A stretch of 64,000 nt of DNA from contig CAWBMP010000005.1 of assembly GCA_963790025.1 (NCBI GenBank), positions 384,001 through 448,000 on the forward strand, written 5' to 3'. Made by a program: the position numbers and the translations under genes. Shown here in pieces: positions 1 through 12,397 of the stretch; position 1 is the first letter of the stretch; each line of letters starts with the position of its first letter. The DNA comes from Nitrospirota bacterium. GTDB lineage: Bacteria > Nitrospirota > Thermodesulfovibrionia > Thermodesulfovibrionales > Dissulfurispiraceae. The notes beneath the pieces were generated by a model that saw only the letters and a program-made list of their open reading frames with translations, was not told where the DNA came from and made no database searches.

Positions 1-2
1 AG

Positions 3-386
3 CAGAGAAAGTCATTGATCGAGAAAAGCATACGGGAGGCGCAGGAGGCTAAAGCGCTTGCTGTAAAGGCACTCGCCGAGGTTGAAGAACGGCTTAAGCT
101 TAAAGACAAGGAAATAGAGGAAATTAAGGCGGCTTCGGTCAGTTCGGGTGAACGTGAGAAGGCCCGGCTGATTGAGGACAGTGAACGGCTCAAGACAAAA
201 ATACTTGAACAGGCCAAGTCCAATATCGAGTACGAGGTCAAAAAAGCGAAGGACGTCATCAGGGCAGAAGCGGTAGAGGCTGCAATGCAGCTTGCAGAAG
301 AAAAAATCAAATCGAAAATGACCAAAGAGGACCAGGACAGGCTGTTGCAGGAATCACTCAAACTGTTAGAGGGTAATAAAAATTGA
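3..386 (+). CDS. atpF: F0F1 ATP synthase subunit b, 5'-truncated by the window edge
   Basis: Frame is open from position 3; E/K/A-rich coiled coil; directly upstream of delta and alpha. Confidence 0.9.
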   Translation, partial: QRKSLIEKSIREAQEAKALAVKALAEVEERLKLKDKEIEEIKAASVSSGEREKARLIEDSERLKTKILEQAKSNIEYEVKKAKDVIRAEAVEAAMQLAEEKIKSKMTKEDQDRLLQESLKLLEGNKN

Positions 387-922
387 AAAAGATCAAGGGT
401 GTGAAAAGATACGCAAAGCAATTCATAAGTGCCGTAGATTTGAATGAAGTGCCGCAGGGCATCGAACAGTTGAGCGCCATTGCCGATTTAATGGAGAAAG
501 ACAAGAGCTTCAGAAACCTGATGATAAGTCCTGTCTTTAGCGTGGATGAGAGCGGGCGTATCATTACTTATTTAAGCGAGAAGCTCAAAATGTCCGACAA
601 GGCCTCAAAATATCTTCATTATCTGGTGGAGTCCGGGGTGATTGGAGGGATTTCCGAGATAATTGGCGCCATACAGGCCCAGTATCTCGAGATCAAAAAG
701 CGGTCTAAGGCCGTGGTCACTACGCCGGTGCAGGTGGGAAAGGAATATGTAACACAATTGTCCGGATCGCTGAAGCGGGTCACCGGCCGTGATATCGACA
801 TAGAGTTTGTCGTTGACCCTTCGCTTCTGGGCGGCGTGAGTATACAGGTCGGCAGTACAATGTATGACAGTAGTATAAGAGGCCAGTTAGGGCTCTTAAA
901 AGATAAGCTTATAAAGGGGTGA
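383..922 (+). CDS. atpH: ATP synthase delta subunit (TTG start)
   Basis: KRYAK N-terminus and VDPSLLGG...DSSIRGQL C-terminal OSCP/delta motif; operon position. Confidence 0.93.
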   Translation: MKKIKGVKRYAKQFISAVDLNEVPQGIEQLSAIADLMEKDKSFRNLMISPVFSVDESGRIITYLSEKLKMSDKASKYLHYLVESGVIGGISEIIGAIQAQYLEIKKRSKAVVTTPVQVGKEYVTQLSGSLKRVTGRDIDIEFVVDPSLLGGVSIQVGSTMYDSSIRGQLGLLKDKLIKG

Positions 923-926
923 TTGC

Positions 927-2435
927 ATGGAAATCAAGGTAGATGAGATTAGCGAGTATCTGAAGAAGCAGATAACCGATTTCGAGAAGCGCGTTGATGT
1001 CAGTGAGATAGGTGTCGTCGTCAGTGTCGGTGATGGTATCTCCAGGATTTACGGACTGGACAACTGCATGTCCTCCGAGCTTCTCGAGTTTCCCAATAAT
1101 GTCTTCGGCATGGCGCTCAACCTTGAGGAAGACATAGTTGGAGCCGTCCTTTTCGGCGAAGATACCGCCATCAAGGAAGGCGACGTTGTCAAAAGGACCG
1201 GAAAGATCATGTCTGTTCCGGCCGGAGAGGAAATGATCGGACGTGTTGTTAATGCTATAGGGCAGCCTATTGACGGCAAGGGTCCGATCAATGCAAAGAC
1301 AACCAGAATTGTTGATGTAGTTGCTCCCGGTATTGTTGACAGGCAGCCGGTCAGGGAGCCGCTCCAGACGGGATTAAAGGCTATTGACGCCATGATCCCT
1401 ATCGGAAGGGGACAGAGGGAGCTGATTATCGGCGACCGCCAGACAGGAAAAACAGCTATTGCCCTCGATGCGATTATTAATCAGAAGGGCGGCGATGTCG
1501 TCTGCATCTATGTTGCTATAGGCCAGAAAAGGGCGAGCGTCGCGCGCGTGGTGAAGACCCTGGAGCAGTATGGCGCTATGGAGCATACAATCGTGGTTTC
1601 GGCAACAGCCAGCGAGCCGGCCCCTCTTCAGTATATTGCCCCTTATACCGGATGCGCTCTCGGTGAATATTTCAGGGACAATAAGAGACATGCATTGATT
1701 ATATATGATGACTTGAGCAAACAGGCCACGTCATACAGACAGCTTTCGCTCATTCTGAGGCGTCCGCCCGGACGTGAGGCATTCCCCGGCGACGTGTTCT
1801 ATCTCCATTCAAGGCTGCTGGAAAGAGCTTCGAAACTTAGCGATGAACTCGGCGGAGGCTCACTTACCGCCCTTCCTATAATTGAGACGCAGGCCGGCGA
1901 CGTTTCCGCATATATTCCTACAAACGTTATTTCCATTACCGACGGACAAATTTACCTTGAGCCGGACCTCTTCTATGCCGGTATCAGGCCCGCGGTCAAC
2001 GTCGGCCTCTCCGTCAGCCGCGTCGGCAGTGCGGCACAGACAAAGGCGATGAAGCAGGTTGCCGGAACGCTAAGGCTCGATCTTGCACAGTTCAGGGAAC
2101 TCGCGGCATTTGCACAGTTCGGTTCAGACCTCGATAAATCTACAATGGCACAGATCGAGAGAGGAAAGAGGATGGTGGAGATCCTGAAGCAGGACCAGTA
2201 TGTACCGCTCCCGGTTGAGGACCAGGTCATGCTTCTCTTTGCAGGATCGCAGGGTCATCTTGATGATATTCCGGTCGAAGCATTGAAAAAGTTCGAAGCC
2301 GAATTTTTCAGCTTTATGAAGGACAGGAAAGCGGATCTGCGAAATGAAATCAGGGACAAAAAGGCGATTGATGACACGTTGAAAGAGAAACTCAACAGCG
2401 CCGTAGCAGAATTCAAGAAAGGCTTTGTTGCATAG
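927..2435 (+). CDS. atpA: ATP synthase alpha subunit
   Basis: GDRQTGKT Walker [24 protein letters not shown]. Confidence 0.99.
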   Translation: MEIKVDEISEYLKKQITDFEKRVDVSEIGVVVSVGDGISRIYGLDNCMSSELLEFPNNVFGMALNLEEDIVGAVLFGEDTAIKEGDVVKRTGKIMSVPAGEEMIGRVVNAIGQPIDGKGPINAKTTRIVDVVAPGIVDRQPVREPLQTGLKAIDAMIPIGRGQRELIIGDRQTGKTAIALDAIINQKGGDVVCIYVAIGQKRASVARVVKTLEQYGAMEHTIVVSATASEPAPLQYIAPYTGCALGEYFRDNKRHALIIYDDLSKQATSYRQLSLILRRPPGREAFPGDVFYLHSRLLERASKLSDELGGGSLTALPIIETQAGDVSAYIPTNVISITDGQIYLEPDLFYAGIRPAVNVGLSVSRVGSAAQTKAMKQVAGTLRLDLAQFRELAAFAQFGSDLDKSTMAQIERGKRMVEILKQDQYVPLPVEDQVMLLFAGSQGHLDDIPVEALKKFEAEFFSFMKDRKADLRNEIRDKKAIDDTLKEKLNSAVAEFKKGFVA

Positions 2436-2485
2436 AGGCTGATCGCTCAGCGCCAAAAATTAATTTTAAGGTTGAGGTATAAATA

Positions 2486-3364
2486 ATGCCTGGATTAAAA
2501 GAGATACGAAAGAGAATAGTGTCTGTTAAAAGTACAAAGCAGATTACAAAAGCCATGAAGATGGTTTCGGCAGCCAAGTTCAGGAAAGCGCAGACAAGGA
2601 TTTTCGAACTGCGGCCATATGCCGATAAGATGCACTCAGTCCTTAGCGGACTGGCCAGGACCGTTGAAACAGGACATCCCCTTCTTGAAGTCAGGCCGCG
2701 GAGAAAGGTCGAGGTTATGGTCCTCACGAGTGATAAAGGCCTTTGCGGCGCCTTTAACACCAACATTATGAAAGCCTCGATAAAAACTATCAAGGCCATT
2801 CAAGCTGACGGGGCAGAGGTAAGCGTCAGCGCCATCGGCAAGAAGGGAGTAGATCTTTTCAGGAGGGGAGGCTTTACTACGAGGCGCTCCTGGACAGGCA
2901 TTTCAGGCAGAATCAACTATATGAATGCAAAGGAAATCGCAGCGGACATTATAGAGAATTACACCGGCGAGCTATTTGACGAAGTCGTTCTTGTGTATAA
3001 CGAGTTCAAGTCAGCTCTCGTACAAAAGGTATCGGTAGTCCGCCTGCTGCCTCTTGCTCCGGTAGATGGCCACGCTGAACAGGCCGCTGCCCAGGAGGAG
3101 GCCACGGATTTTCTGTACGAGCCTTCCCAGCAGGCTATATTTGATGCACTGCTGCCCAAGAACCTTGAGATACAGGTTTTCAGGGCACTCCTTGAGTCAC
3201 AGGCATCGGAAGAAGCGGCCCGCATGACCTCAATGGAAAATGCGACGAAGGCAGCGGACGACATGATCGCCGCTTTGACTTTGCAATACAACAAGGCACG
3301 TCAGGCGGCCATTACGAAGGAATTGATGGATATTGTCGGCGGTTCCGAAGCACTGAAACAGTAA
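2486..3364 (+). CDS. atpG: ATP synthase gamma subunit
   Basis: QITKAMKMVSAAK and YNKARQAAITKEL motifs. Confidence 0.99.
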   Translation: MPGLKEIRKRIVSVKSTKQITKAMKMVSAAKFRKAQTRIFELRPYADKMHSVLSGLARTVETGHPLLEVRPRRKVEVMVLTSDKGLCGAFNTNIMKASIKTIKAIQADGAEVSVSAIGKKGVDLFRRGGFTTRRSWTGISGRINYMNAKEIAADIIENYTGELFDEVVLVYNEFKSALVQKVSVVRLLPLAPVDGHAEQAAAQEEATDFLYEPSQQAIFDALLPKNLEIQVFRALLESQASEEAARMTSMENATKAADDMIAALTLQYNKARQAAITKELMDIVGGSEALKQ

Positions 3365-4813
<1,449 letters not shown>

Positions 4814-4831
4814 CGTTGACAGGAGTTTGGA

Positions 4832-5242
4832 ATGGACAATAAGATACGGCTGGATATTGTAACGCCTTACGGACTTATACTGAGCGAGGATGTCGATGAG
4901 CTAACTGCCACGGGTACCGAGGGCGAGTTTGGCGTACTTCCCGGTCACGTGCCGTTCATCACGACTCTGAGCATCGGTATGCTCATCATCAAGAAAGACG
5001 GCAAAACGGAATACGTTTTTGTGAGTTCAGGGTATGCTGAAGTGACCTTTGAAAAAGTGGTGGTCCTTGCCGATAGCGCCGAGAAGGCGGAGGACATAGA
5101 CGTCGACAGGGCACTCGCAGCCAGAAAACGGGCTGAAGAAAGGCTTGCACAGACCGAGAAGGTTGATTTTGCGCGTGCCACTGCTGCGGTTGAAAGGTCA
5201 ACCATAAGAATCCAGGTAGCAGAGAAAAAATCGGCCAGATAA
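4832..5242 (+). CDS. atpC: ATP synthase epsilon subunit
   Basis: IVTP, GEFGVLPGH, C-terminal helical hairpin. Confidence 0.98.
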   Translation: MDNKIRLDIVTPYGLILSEDVDELTATGTEGEFGVLPGHVPFITTLSIGMLIIKKDGKTEYVFVSSGYAEVTFEKVVVLADSAEKAEDIDVDRALAARKRAEERLAQTEKVDFARATAAVERSTIRIQVAEKKSAR

Positions 5243-5258
5243 TAAAGATTATTAACGT

Positions 5259-5290
5259 AAAGGGACGGCGTTATGCGCCGTCCCTTTTTT
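5259..5290 (+). terminator. Rho-independent terminator of the atp operon
   Basis: AAAGGGACGGCG-ttatg-CGCCGTCCCTTT perfect stem followed by a T run. Confidence 0.9.
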
Positions 5291-5305
5291 ATTCTGAAAT
5301 AAACC

Positions 5306-5638
5306 ATGTCTGACGAAAAATCTAAATTGGTTTACTCTACGGAACAGGCCATATCCAGGAAGGAGAAGCCAGTTGAAAAAATCCTTCACGATGTGCGTCC
5401 TGCGCAGCAGAGGGTGACTGTCCGGCTTGACAGGAAAGGAAGGAGCGGGAAAACAGTCACGGTTGTCGACGGTCTCCATATGACGCAAAATAATATGGAA
5501 GGATTGCTCAGGCAGTTGAAGGCGCAACTCGGCGCCGGCGGCACGGTTAAGGACACTTCCCTCGAAATTCAGGGCGACCACCGCGACATGCTGATGTCGG
5601 TGTTGGAGAGGATGGGCCACACACCGAAACGATCATGA
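5306..5638 (+). CDS. yciH: SUI1/YciH-family translation factor
   Basis: LVYST, RKGRSGKTVTVV, GAGGTVKD...IEIQGDHRD-type motifs. Confidence 0.88.
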   Translation: MSDEKSKLVYSTEQAISRKEKPVEKILHDVRPAQQRVTVRLDRKGRSGKTVTVVDGLHMTQNNMEGLLRQLKAQLGAGGTVKDTSLEIQGDHRDMLMSVLERMGHTPKRS

Positions 5639-5658
5639 TGAGGAGGACCTCCAACTAT

Positions 5659-6855
5659 TTATAGTCTTCTTCTGAAGAACGAGAAAAAGTATTCTTTAAT
5701 TTTTTCCTGCAGCGGTCTTCTGCGCCATTCTTCCCCATCTATTTTTGCAGAGTGCTTCAGGTCTTCCTCAAACAGGTCATTCATTTTTGACGCGACGTTA
5801 AGATCGAGAATGCCCACATTGCCTTCGTCGTTGTAGCGCAGAGACTGGAAATCCAGATTGGTGGAACCGATGATCCCCCAGCATTCGTCGAAAAGGGAGG
5901 TTTTCGCATGGAGCATTTCTCCGGCATAGCAATAGATTTCAACTCCGGCCTTCAGGAGCCTGGTAAAAAAAGCCCGCCCAGCATATGCTGCCGGAGGAAC
6001 GTCGGTTATCCCGGGCACAAGCAGCCTGACGCGCACTCCACGTGCCACGGCCTGCTCAAGAGTCTCAACCATTCTCCGGCTGGGCGTGAAATATGCGGTA
6101 GTCAAAGCGATGTTTTTTCGGGCATGGTTGATGCTGTAATAGAGCAGACGCCTCATCTTTCTCCTGCCTTTAGCTGCATTTACGAAAATGGGCATAACCG
6201 GAATGGCAAAACCTTCAGCGCCGTACCCGCGGCCCGATAAGTGCTCGTCCTGGCTGATCTCTGGACCGGAACTCCCTGCGGCATCTCTGGACCAGGCAAC
6301 CCAGTTCTTTCTGAAACCCTTGAAGAGCTCATACACTACCGGACCTTCGAGCATTATGCCGGTGTCCCGCCATCCCTTAATCTTGAGCCTCAGATGGAAC
6401 CCGCTATATTCGTTTGCGATGTTCAGTCCCCCGGTAAATGCCTTATGAGTATCGATCACAATAAGCTTCCGGTGGTTCCGGTGTACATAATGGAAGGGTG
6501 AAATCCATTTAAACGGGTGCGATGCCGCTATCCTGATGCCCGATTTTTTCATGTCTTCCCAGAAGCTCCGCGGTGTTCCGATAGAGCCGAAATGGTCGTA
6601 CAGCAGGTAAACCTGCACGCCGTTCCGGCTCTTCTGTTTCAGGATTTCGGCCAGCTCACAGCCGGTCTCGTCATTTCTGAATATATAAAATTCAAGGCAG
6701 ATGAGCCGTTGAGCGTCCCGGACAGCATCAAAAATGGTAGTAAAGGATTCCCTTCCCTTCCATAGGAGTCTTATGTGGCTTGCGGTGGAAAACCTTTCCT
6801 TCACGATACCTTCGATAGACGGTGCGGTGAATGTCTCAGTCAATTCGGCAGCCAT
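5659..6855 (-). CDS. Phospholipase D family, cardiolipin synthase ClsB-like
   Basis: Two HKD motifs (HRKLIVID, HAKTSLFD); no N-terminal TM domain. Confidence 0.88.
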   Translation of the reverse strand: MAAELTETFTAPSIEGIVKERFSTASHIRLLWKGRESFTTIFDAVRDAQRLICLEFYIFRNDETGCELAEILKQKSRNGVQVYLLYDHFGSIGTPRSFWEDMKKSGIRIAASHPFKWISPFHYVHRNHRKLIVIDTHKAFTGGLNIANEYSGFHLRLKIKGWRDTGIMLEGPVVYELFKGFRKNWVAWSRDAAGSSGPEISQDEHLSGRGYGAEGFAIPVMPIFVNAAKGRRKMRRLLYYSINHARKNIALTTAYFTPSRRMVETLEQAVARGVRVRLLVPGITDVPPAAYAGRAFFTRLLKAGVEIYCYAGEMLHAKTSLFDECWGIIGSTNLDFQSLRYNDEGNVGILDLNVASKMNDLFEEDLKHSAKIDGEEWRRRPLQEKIKEYFFSFFRRRL

Positions 6856-7065
6856 GTTGTTTCCGTTGTTGTACAGAAATCCATCTTAAGTTAGCGTACC
6901 GCATTCGGCGTGCTTTTTCAACGGGCATGATGTGTAGTGGGTCAAAATACATTTATTTATTTATACCCGCGGGAAATGGTATTTTAGTAGTGTTCGGGAT
7001 TTCCTGAATAAGGGCCTGTTGAGTTATTTTCACCGGCCATAGAATAAACAGTATGGAGGTCTTCA

Positions 7066-9501
7066 ATGGCAAGGTCTCAGAAAATGTTTCAGGAATCTCT
7101 CATCGATCACCTTACCTTCTCTCTCGCAAAAGATACATACTCTGCCACCCAGAGAGACAAATTTGATGCGGCTGTGTTGGCCGTAAGAGATTGCATGGTT
7201 GAACAGTGGATTAAAACCCAGGAGCGTTATTACGATGTTCAGGCAAAAAGGCTATATTATCTTTCGCTCGAATTTCTTCTGGGCAGGCTTTTAGGCAGCT
7301 ATATCAGCAACCTTGGACTGTTCGGAGAAAATGAGCAGGCATTTAATGCTTTTGGGTTATCATATGATGATATTGTTGAGCTTGAATGGGATGCCGGCCT
7401 GGGTAACGGCGGTCTCGGGAGGCTCGCTGCATGTTTTCTTGACTCGCTGTCCACGCTTCAATATCCTGCCTATGGTTATGGCATTAGATATGAGTATGGT
7501 ATTTTTTTACAGAAGATCAGAGACGGTTTTCAGGTTGAAACGCCGGATAACTGGCTAAGATATGGCAGCCAGTGGGAATTCCCGAGGCCGGAAGTATTGT
7601 ACCCGGTCCGGTTCTTCGGCAAAGTCAATTCCATTAATTATGGAAGCGGCCGGATGCGCATGGTATGGACCGACACAGAAGATGTCATGGCGATGGCTTA
7701 CGACTATCCGGTCCCCGGATTTCGCAACGACACGGTCAATACTCTCCGTCTCTGGTCTGCAAAGTCAAGCCGTGATTTTAATCTGGAATATTTCAATAGC
7801 GGTGATTATATCAAGGCAGTGGAAGACAAGAACAACAGTGAGAACATCTCCAAAGTCCTTTATCCTGACGACCAATCACTTGCCGGAAAGGAACTGCGTC
7901 TCAAACAGCAATATTTCTTTGTTGCGGCAACATTAAGAGATATCATCAGGAGATACAGGAAGTCTCATAAAACGTACGTCGAGTTTCCTGATAACGTTGC
8001 CGTTCAGCTCAACGATACACACCCTTCCATAGCCATTGCAGAACTGATGCGCATTCTGGTCGATGAGGAAAGCATCAGCTGGGAAGATGCGTGGGACATA
8101 ACAACTAAAACCTTTGCCTATACAAATCACACGGTCTTGCCGGAAGCCCTGGAGATATGGTCCGAAGGGCTGATGGGACATCTTTTGCCCCGCCACCTGC
8201 AGATCATTCAGGAGATTGACAGAAGATTATTAATAGAGGTAAACACGCAATTCCCCGGCGAACATGAGCGCGCGAGGAACATGGCCCTGATAACGGGGGA
8301 TGGTGAGAGATGGGTGCACATGGCGCGTCTTGCGATAGCCGGAAGTCATACGGTCAACGGTGTTTCGGAGCTGCATTCCAGTATTTTAAAAGAAAAGGTG
8401 TTCAATAGTTTTTACACGATGTCTCCGGACAAATTCCGGAATGTGACAAACGGCATTACTCCAAGGCGCTGGCTTTTGGAAGCGAACCGACCGCTTTCAC
8501 GACTGATAACGGAAGCCATTGGAGATCTGTGGACAAAGGACCTCGATGAGCTGGAAAAGCTCGAACCCCTTGCCGATGATAGTGAATTTTGCAAACATTT
8601 CCGCGAGGTCAAGGAAACGAATAAGATTGCCTTGTCCAACTATCTTGGTTTGACCGCTAAATTGTCATTTCGTCATCAGTATCTCCTGGATTGTCAGGTC
8701 AAGCGGTTGCATGAATACAAGCGGCAATTGCTGAATGTATTACATGCCATAACCCTTTACAACAGGCTCAGGGAAGGAAGGGTCGACGAGACATTCACCC
8801 CTAGAACTATCCTGTTTGCAGGAAAAGCGGCGCCAGGATACTACCTCTGCAAACTGATCATTAAACTGATACACGCTGTTGCCGATACGATTGCAGCACA
8901 TCCTTTGGTGAGGGAGAAACTACAGGTAATGTTTGTCCCTAACTACAACGTTTCTCTGGCCGGGCGTATTATCCCTGCTGCAGATCTGTCCGAACAGATT
9001 TCGACTGCCGGGCTTGAAGCTTCCGGGACCGGCAATATGAAATTTACCCTGAATGGGGCCTTAACGATCGGCACACTTGATGGGGCTAATGTCGAAATAC
9101 GGGAACAGGTCGGCGCTGAGAACTTTTTCCTCTTCGGACTTAAAGCCGAAGAAGTTATGGCGATGAGTTCCGGCTACAACCCCCAGCAATATTATGAGAC
9201 GGAAGGGGAGCTTCGTCAGGCCATCAATCAGATACTCGAAGGCCACTTTTCACATGAAAACCAGGGTCTTTTTCATCCGATCGTCAGGTCCCTTCTGGAT
9301 GGGGACAGGTTTTTTGTTTTGGCCGATTATGCTTCATATATCAGTTGTCAGGATAACGTAGCCAACGTCTATAAAGATAAAGACAGGTGGACCAAAATGG
9401 CAATACTGAATGTTGCCCGTTCAGGCAAATTTTCGAGTGACAGGGCCATTCGGGAGTATGCAGAAAACATCTGGCATATATCTGCAGTACAAATAATGTA
9501 A
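7066..9501 (+). CDS. glgP: Glycogen/starch phosphorylase
   Basis: GLGNGGLGRLAACFLDS, KRLHEYKRQLLN, PLP-lysine motif EASGTGNMKF. Confidence 0.98.
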   Translation: MARSQKMFQESLIDHLTFSLAKDTYSATQRDKFDAAVLAVRDCMVEQWIKTQERYYDVQAKRLYYLSLEFLLGRLLGSYISNLGLFGENEQAFNAFGLSYDDIVELEWDAGLGNGGLGRLAACFLDSLSTLQYPAYGYGIRYEYGIFLQKIRDGFQVETPDNWLRYGSQWEFPRPEVLYPVRFFGKVNSINYGSGRMRMVWTDTEDVMAMAYDYPVPGFRNDTVNTLRLWSAKSSRDFNLEYFNSGDYIKAVEDKNNSENISKVLYPDDQSLAGKELRLKQQYFFVAATLRDIIRRYRKSHKTYVEFPDNVAVQLNDTHPSIAIAELMRILVDEESISWEDAWDITTKTFAYTNHTVLPEALEIWSEGLMGHLLPRHLQIIQEIDRRLLIEVNTQFPGEHERARNMALITGDGERWVHMARLAIAGSHTVNGVSELHSSILKEKVFNSFYTMSPDKFRNVTNGITPRRWLLEANRPLSRLITEAIGDLWTKDLDELEKLEPLADDSEFCKHFREVKETNKIALSNYLGLTAKLSFRHQYLLDCQVKRLHEYKRQLLNVLHAITLYNRLREGRVDETFTPRTILFAGKAAPGYYLCKLIIKLIHAVADTIAAHPLVREKLQVMFVPNYNVSLAGRIIPAADLSEQISTAGLEASGTGNMKFTLNGALTIGTLDGANVEIREQVGAENFFLFGLKAEEVMAMSSGYNPQQYYETEGELRQAINQILEGHFSHENQGLFHPIVRSLLDGDRFFVLADYASYISCQDNVANVYKDKDRWTKMAILNVARSGKFSSDRAIREYAENIWHISAVQIM

Positions 9502-9600
9502 GAAGTAAAAAGTAAAAAGTAAAAAGTGAAGGCACAAAGTAATGACGTTTTTTTATTGTTCCGTGCTTTTTACATTTTTGACTTTTTACTTTTTGTCTTT
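9500..9600. repeat. Palindromic element built of tandem heptamers (AAAAAGT)n ... (ACTTTTT)n
   Basis: agtaaaaagtaaaaagtaaaaagt left arm; tttttacatttttgactttttactttt right arm. Confidence 0.7.
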
Positions 9601-9616
9601 GTTTTTTGGGGGGACC

Positions 9617-10354
9617 ATGATTATTCTTGAAAACATTACGATGACCAGGTTCAGGAAGTTTTTGCGTCATACGAAAACTATTGTTTTTCCATTCGGCACT
9701 ATAGAGGAGCACGGCAGCCATCTTCCGCTGAACACGGATTCTCTAATCATTTACGAGGCGCTTAAACGGGTGGAAAGGAAAAAGGATTTTTTCGTAGCGC
9801 CGGTTGTTGATTACGGGGTTTGTACAACGACAAAAGATCACCCCGGGACCCTCAGCATCTCTCCTGAAACGCTCAGATTTCTCTCAAGAGATCTTGTGAC
9901 CGAAGCATATAAAAAGGGACTTAGAAAATTCGTGCTCGTCTCCGGCCATGGGGGCGGCCTCCACATGGCGGCACTGAAGGAAACCGCGGAAGACCTTGTC
10001 GAACTGCTTGAGGAGATAACAATCGCTGTATTTACCCCGTACGATATGCTATGGAAGGAACTCTCCGCAATAACCGAGACCCCCAACGATTCACACGCGG
10101 GAGAACTTGAAACGTCAATGGTGCTGTACCTCTCTCCGGAACTGGTCGATGGGAGGGCTAGGGAGGAATATCCGAAAATACCGAGGCCCCTGATCGTAAG
10201 AAACAAAGTGAGTTACTGGCCCGGCGGTGTATGGGGAAATCCCGGTAAGGCATCAGCGTCAAAAGGCGAAAAGGCAGTGGCCCTGATTGCAGCCAAGATC
10301 AGTGAAGTGCTTGATGTGATTGAAAGGGAGGGGAGCAAGGGGCGGCGGCATTAG
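9617..10354 (+). CDS. Creatininase/creatinine amidohydrolase family protein
   Basis: PFGTIEEHGSHLPLNTD, GHGG, DSHAGELETS metal ligands; ATG 9617 follows a G-rich SD. Confidence 0.88.
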   Translation: MIILENITMTRFRKFLRHTKTIVFPFGTIEEHGSHLPLNTDSLIIYEALKRVERKKDFFVAPVVDYGVCTTTKDHPGTLSISPETLRFLSRDLVTEAYKKGLRKFVLVSGHGGGLHMAALKETAEDLVELLEEITIAVFTPYDMLWKELSAITETPNDSHAGELETSMVLYLSPELVDGRAREEYPKIPRPLIVRNKVSYWPGGVWGNPGKASASKGEKAVALIAAKISEVLDVIEREGSKGRRH

Positions 10355-10677
10355 TATAAATCAGATTACCAAGTTTATATAAAACTCCAAACTCGCCGAA
10401 GGTCATCCACCACTATCACTTTTGCTCCCGTAACATACAGGTTTGAATCATAGGCCTTTATGCGGGTTACCCGAAAACAACTGTTGTTTCCCGACAAGTT
10501 TTTTTGGCTTTCATAGTGAATACTCAATTATAGCAGGCGAATTGTTAAGTTCAAATTGAAATATGGGAACAACCAACATATTTGTTTACAACCTCCCCGA
10601 GATAATATGCTGGTTGTCCCCTTTATTTCTCCAGATCTTCAGAATGAGCGATTATCAATATGTAATAGAAGGTGCCT

Positions 10678-12306
10678 CTAAGATCGTCCGGTCACCCTAA
10701 ACTTGCTCATGTTATGGTTGAGGCTTACCGACAGATTCAATAGGTTGGTCGCCTCCTTATTTATCTGACCGGAGGCAGTGGCTGTTTCCTTTGACACTGT
10801 TGCTACGATCTCAATGTCACTGCTTATATGCTCCGAAACAGTTGACATCTCCTCTGTTGCTGCCGCTATCTGCTCTACCATGGAGTGCAGCCCGCTCACG
10901 CTGTCGAGTATCTTGTTAAGACTTGCCCCCGCTCGAGTGGCGAGGTCCACCCCCACGCTTACCTTTCTTGATCCCTCTTCCATCGATCCTACAGCAGTTT
11001 CCGCCGCCTGTTGTATTGCCGCTATCATATCTCCTATCTCTTTGGCCGAGTTGGTTGTTTTTTCCGCGAGTTTCCTCACTTCATCCGATACCACTGCGAA
11101 TCCCTTGCCCTGCTCCCCTGCACGCGCAGCTTCTATTGCGGCATTTAGCGCAAGAAGATTCGTCTGGTCCGCTATGTCCTTTATCACATTGACAATTTTC
11201 CCTATCGCCTTTGATTTCTCTCCAAGTGACTTCATTGTCTGCGCAAGACCTTCAACCGTATTTGCTATTTCCTGTACCTCCTCCACGGTTTTGTTTACAA
11301 CGTTAGCCCCCTCATTTGCTGTTTTTGAAGTGTCTGTTGCAGCTTCTGATATATTTGAGGCATTTCTTGCTATATCAATAACTGTTTGGGACATTTCTGT
11401 TGAGGCCGCTGCAACCTGTGACGCTCTCATTGTCTGCTCCTCTACACGTTTAGTCATCTGCACAACTGTTGTGGAAAACTCTTCAGACGTGGATGCAAGG
11501 CGACCGGAAGTGTCTAAAAGATTACCTATTATTTCTTTCAGAAACTTCTGCATGTTGTTAATAGCTTCGGCAAGAATGCCTACTTCATCTGCCGACTTTA
11601 TATCCACGTTTTCGAACGATAAATCCCCGCGTGCTATCGATTCAGCTCTTGTAGTCAGATTTGATAAGGGACCTATTATCTTTTTAGTAAGAATGACGTA
11701 AAACCCTATGCATCCCACTATGGAAATCACCGAGACTGTTGCTATTACAATTTTAACCTTAAACATGAAATTCTTTATATTTTCAATTCTGACTTTAAAT
11801 GTTTCCTTCTGTACTTTTATTATTCCGAGCAGTTCTGACCTCACACTTCTCCATTTTGGGGTCTCCGTTTGAACCAGCAATGCGGTTGCTTCCTCTTTCT
11901 TGTCCGAAATTGCAAGTTGCTGGACCTCTGTTTTCAATTTGTCAACTTCGTCCCAGAGTAGTCTTATGTTCCTTAATCTTTCCTGCATGCCGTCCTGAGA
12001 TAGTTTAATGGCTTCGTCGCAGGCTTTAATAAAATCCTCATTAGCGTTCCTATAATTTTCTTTTGCCTTTTGGTCACCAGGGTTTAACAAGACATTTCTT
12101 GTAGCTTGTTCAGTCTGAAGTCCATTAGCATACATATTGTTCAAATCCAGCAATAATGTCTGGTCAATGCGTATTAGATTTTCCGTTTCCGTATTTATTC
12201 TTTCATTAGTGACAAAAGAAAGGCCGATGAGTCCGCTTAAAATTACTATGCCTGCAACTATCGAATACTGCAAAAAATGTTTAATGGTCAAATTAGTCAT
12301 AATCAT
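10678..12306 (-). CDS. Methyl-accepting chemotaxis protein (TM-helical sensor-TM-HAMP-signalling domain)
   Basis: [29 protein letters not shown] hairpin tip; HAMP (DEVGILA); ATG 12306 follows GGAGG. Confidence 0.96.
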   Translation of the reverse strand: MIMTNLTIKHFLQYSIVAGIVILSGLIGLSFVTNERINTETENLIRIDQTLLLDLNNMYANGLQTEQATRNVLLNPGDQKAKENYRNANEDFIKACDEAIKLSQDGMQERLRNIRLLWDEVDKLKTEVQQLAISDKKEEATALLVQTETPKWRSVRSELLGIIKVQKETFKVRIENIKNFMFKVKIVIATVSVISIVGCIGFYVILTKKIIGPLSNLTTRAESIARGDLSFENVDIKSADEVGILAEAINNMQKFLKEIIGNLLDTSGRLASTSEEFSTTVVQMTKRVEEQTMRASQVAAASTEMSQTVIDIARNASNISEAATDTSKTANEGANVVNKTVEEVQEIANTVEGLAQTMKSLGEKSKAIGKIVNVIKDIADQTNLLALNAAIEAARAGEQGKGFAVVSDEVRKLAEKTTNSAKEIGDMIAAIQQAAETAVGSMEEGSRKVSVGVDLATRAGASLNKILDSVSGLHSMVEQIAAATEEMSTVSEHISSDIEIVATVSKETATASGQINKEATNLLNLSVSLNHNMSKFRVTGRS

Positions 12307-12397
12307 AGATATCCTCCGCAAAACTTATGTCAAATTTGATCTGGAGTAAAGCATTCTTATTCTATTCCTAATTGCAACGATAAATATAACATAAAGT

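Noticed and set aside
5630..5650. yciH ends KRS-TGA-TGA-GGA-GGA, whereas homologues often end in GG; possible readthrough or selenocysteine
   Set aside because: Two consecutive stops, no SECIS-like hairpin seen, and the convergent cls gene follows immediately
9542..9616. N-terminal extensions in the ORF track (creatininase 9542, CBS 28947, queA 38001, GGDEF 33601, DUF2905 36776)
   Set aside because: They derive from repeats or overlaps; downstream ATGs match the family N-termini better
10360..10515. Short minus-strand frames downstream of the MCP
   Set aside because: No recognisable motif, and the ATG-initiated frame stops after 15 codons
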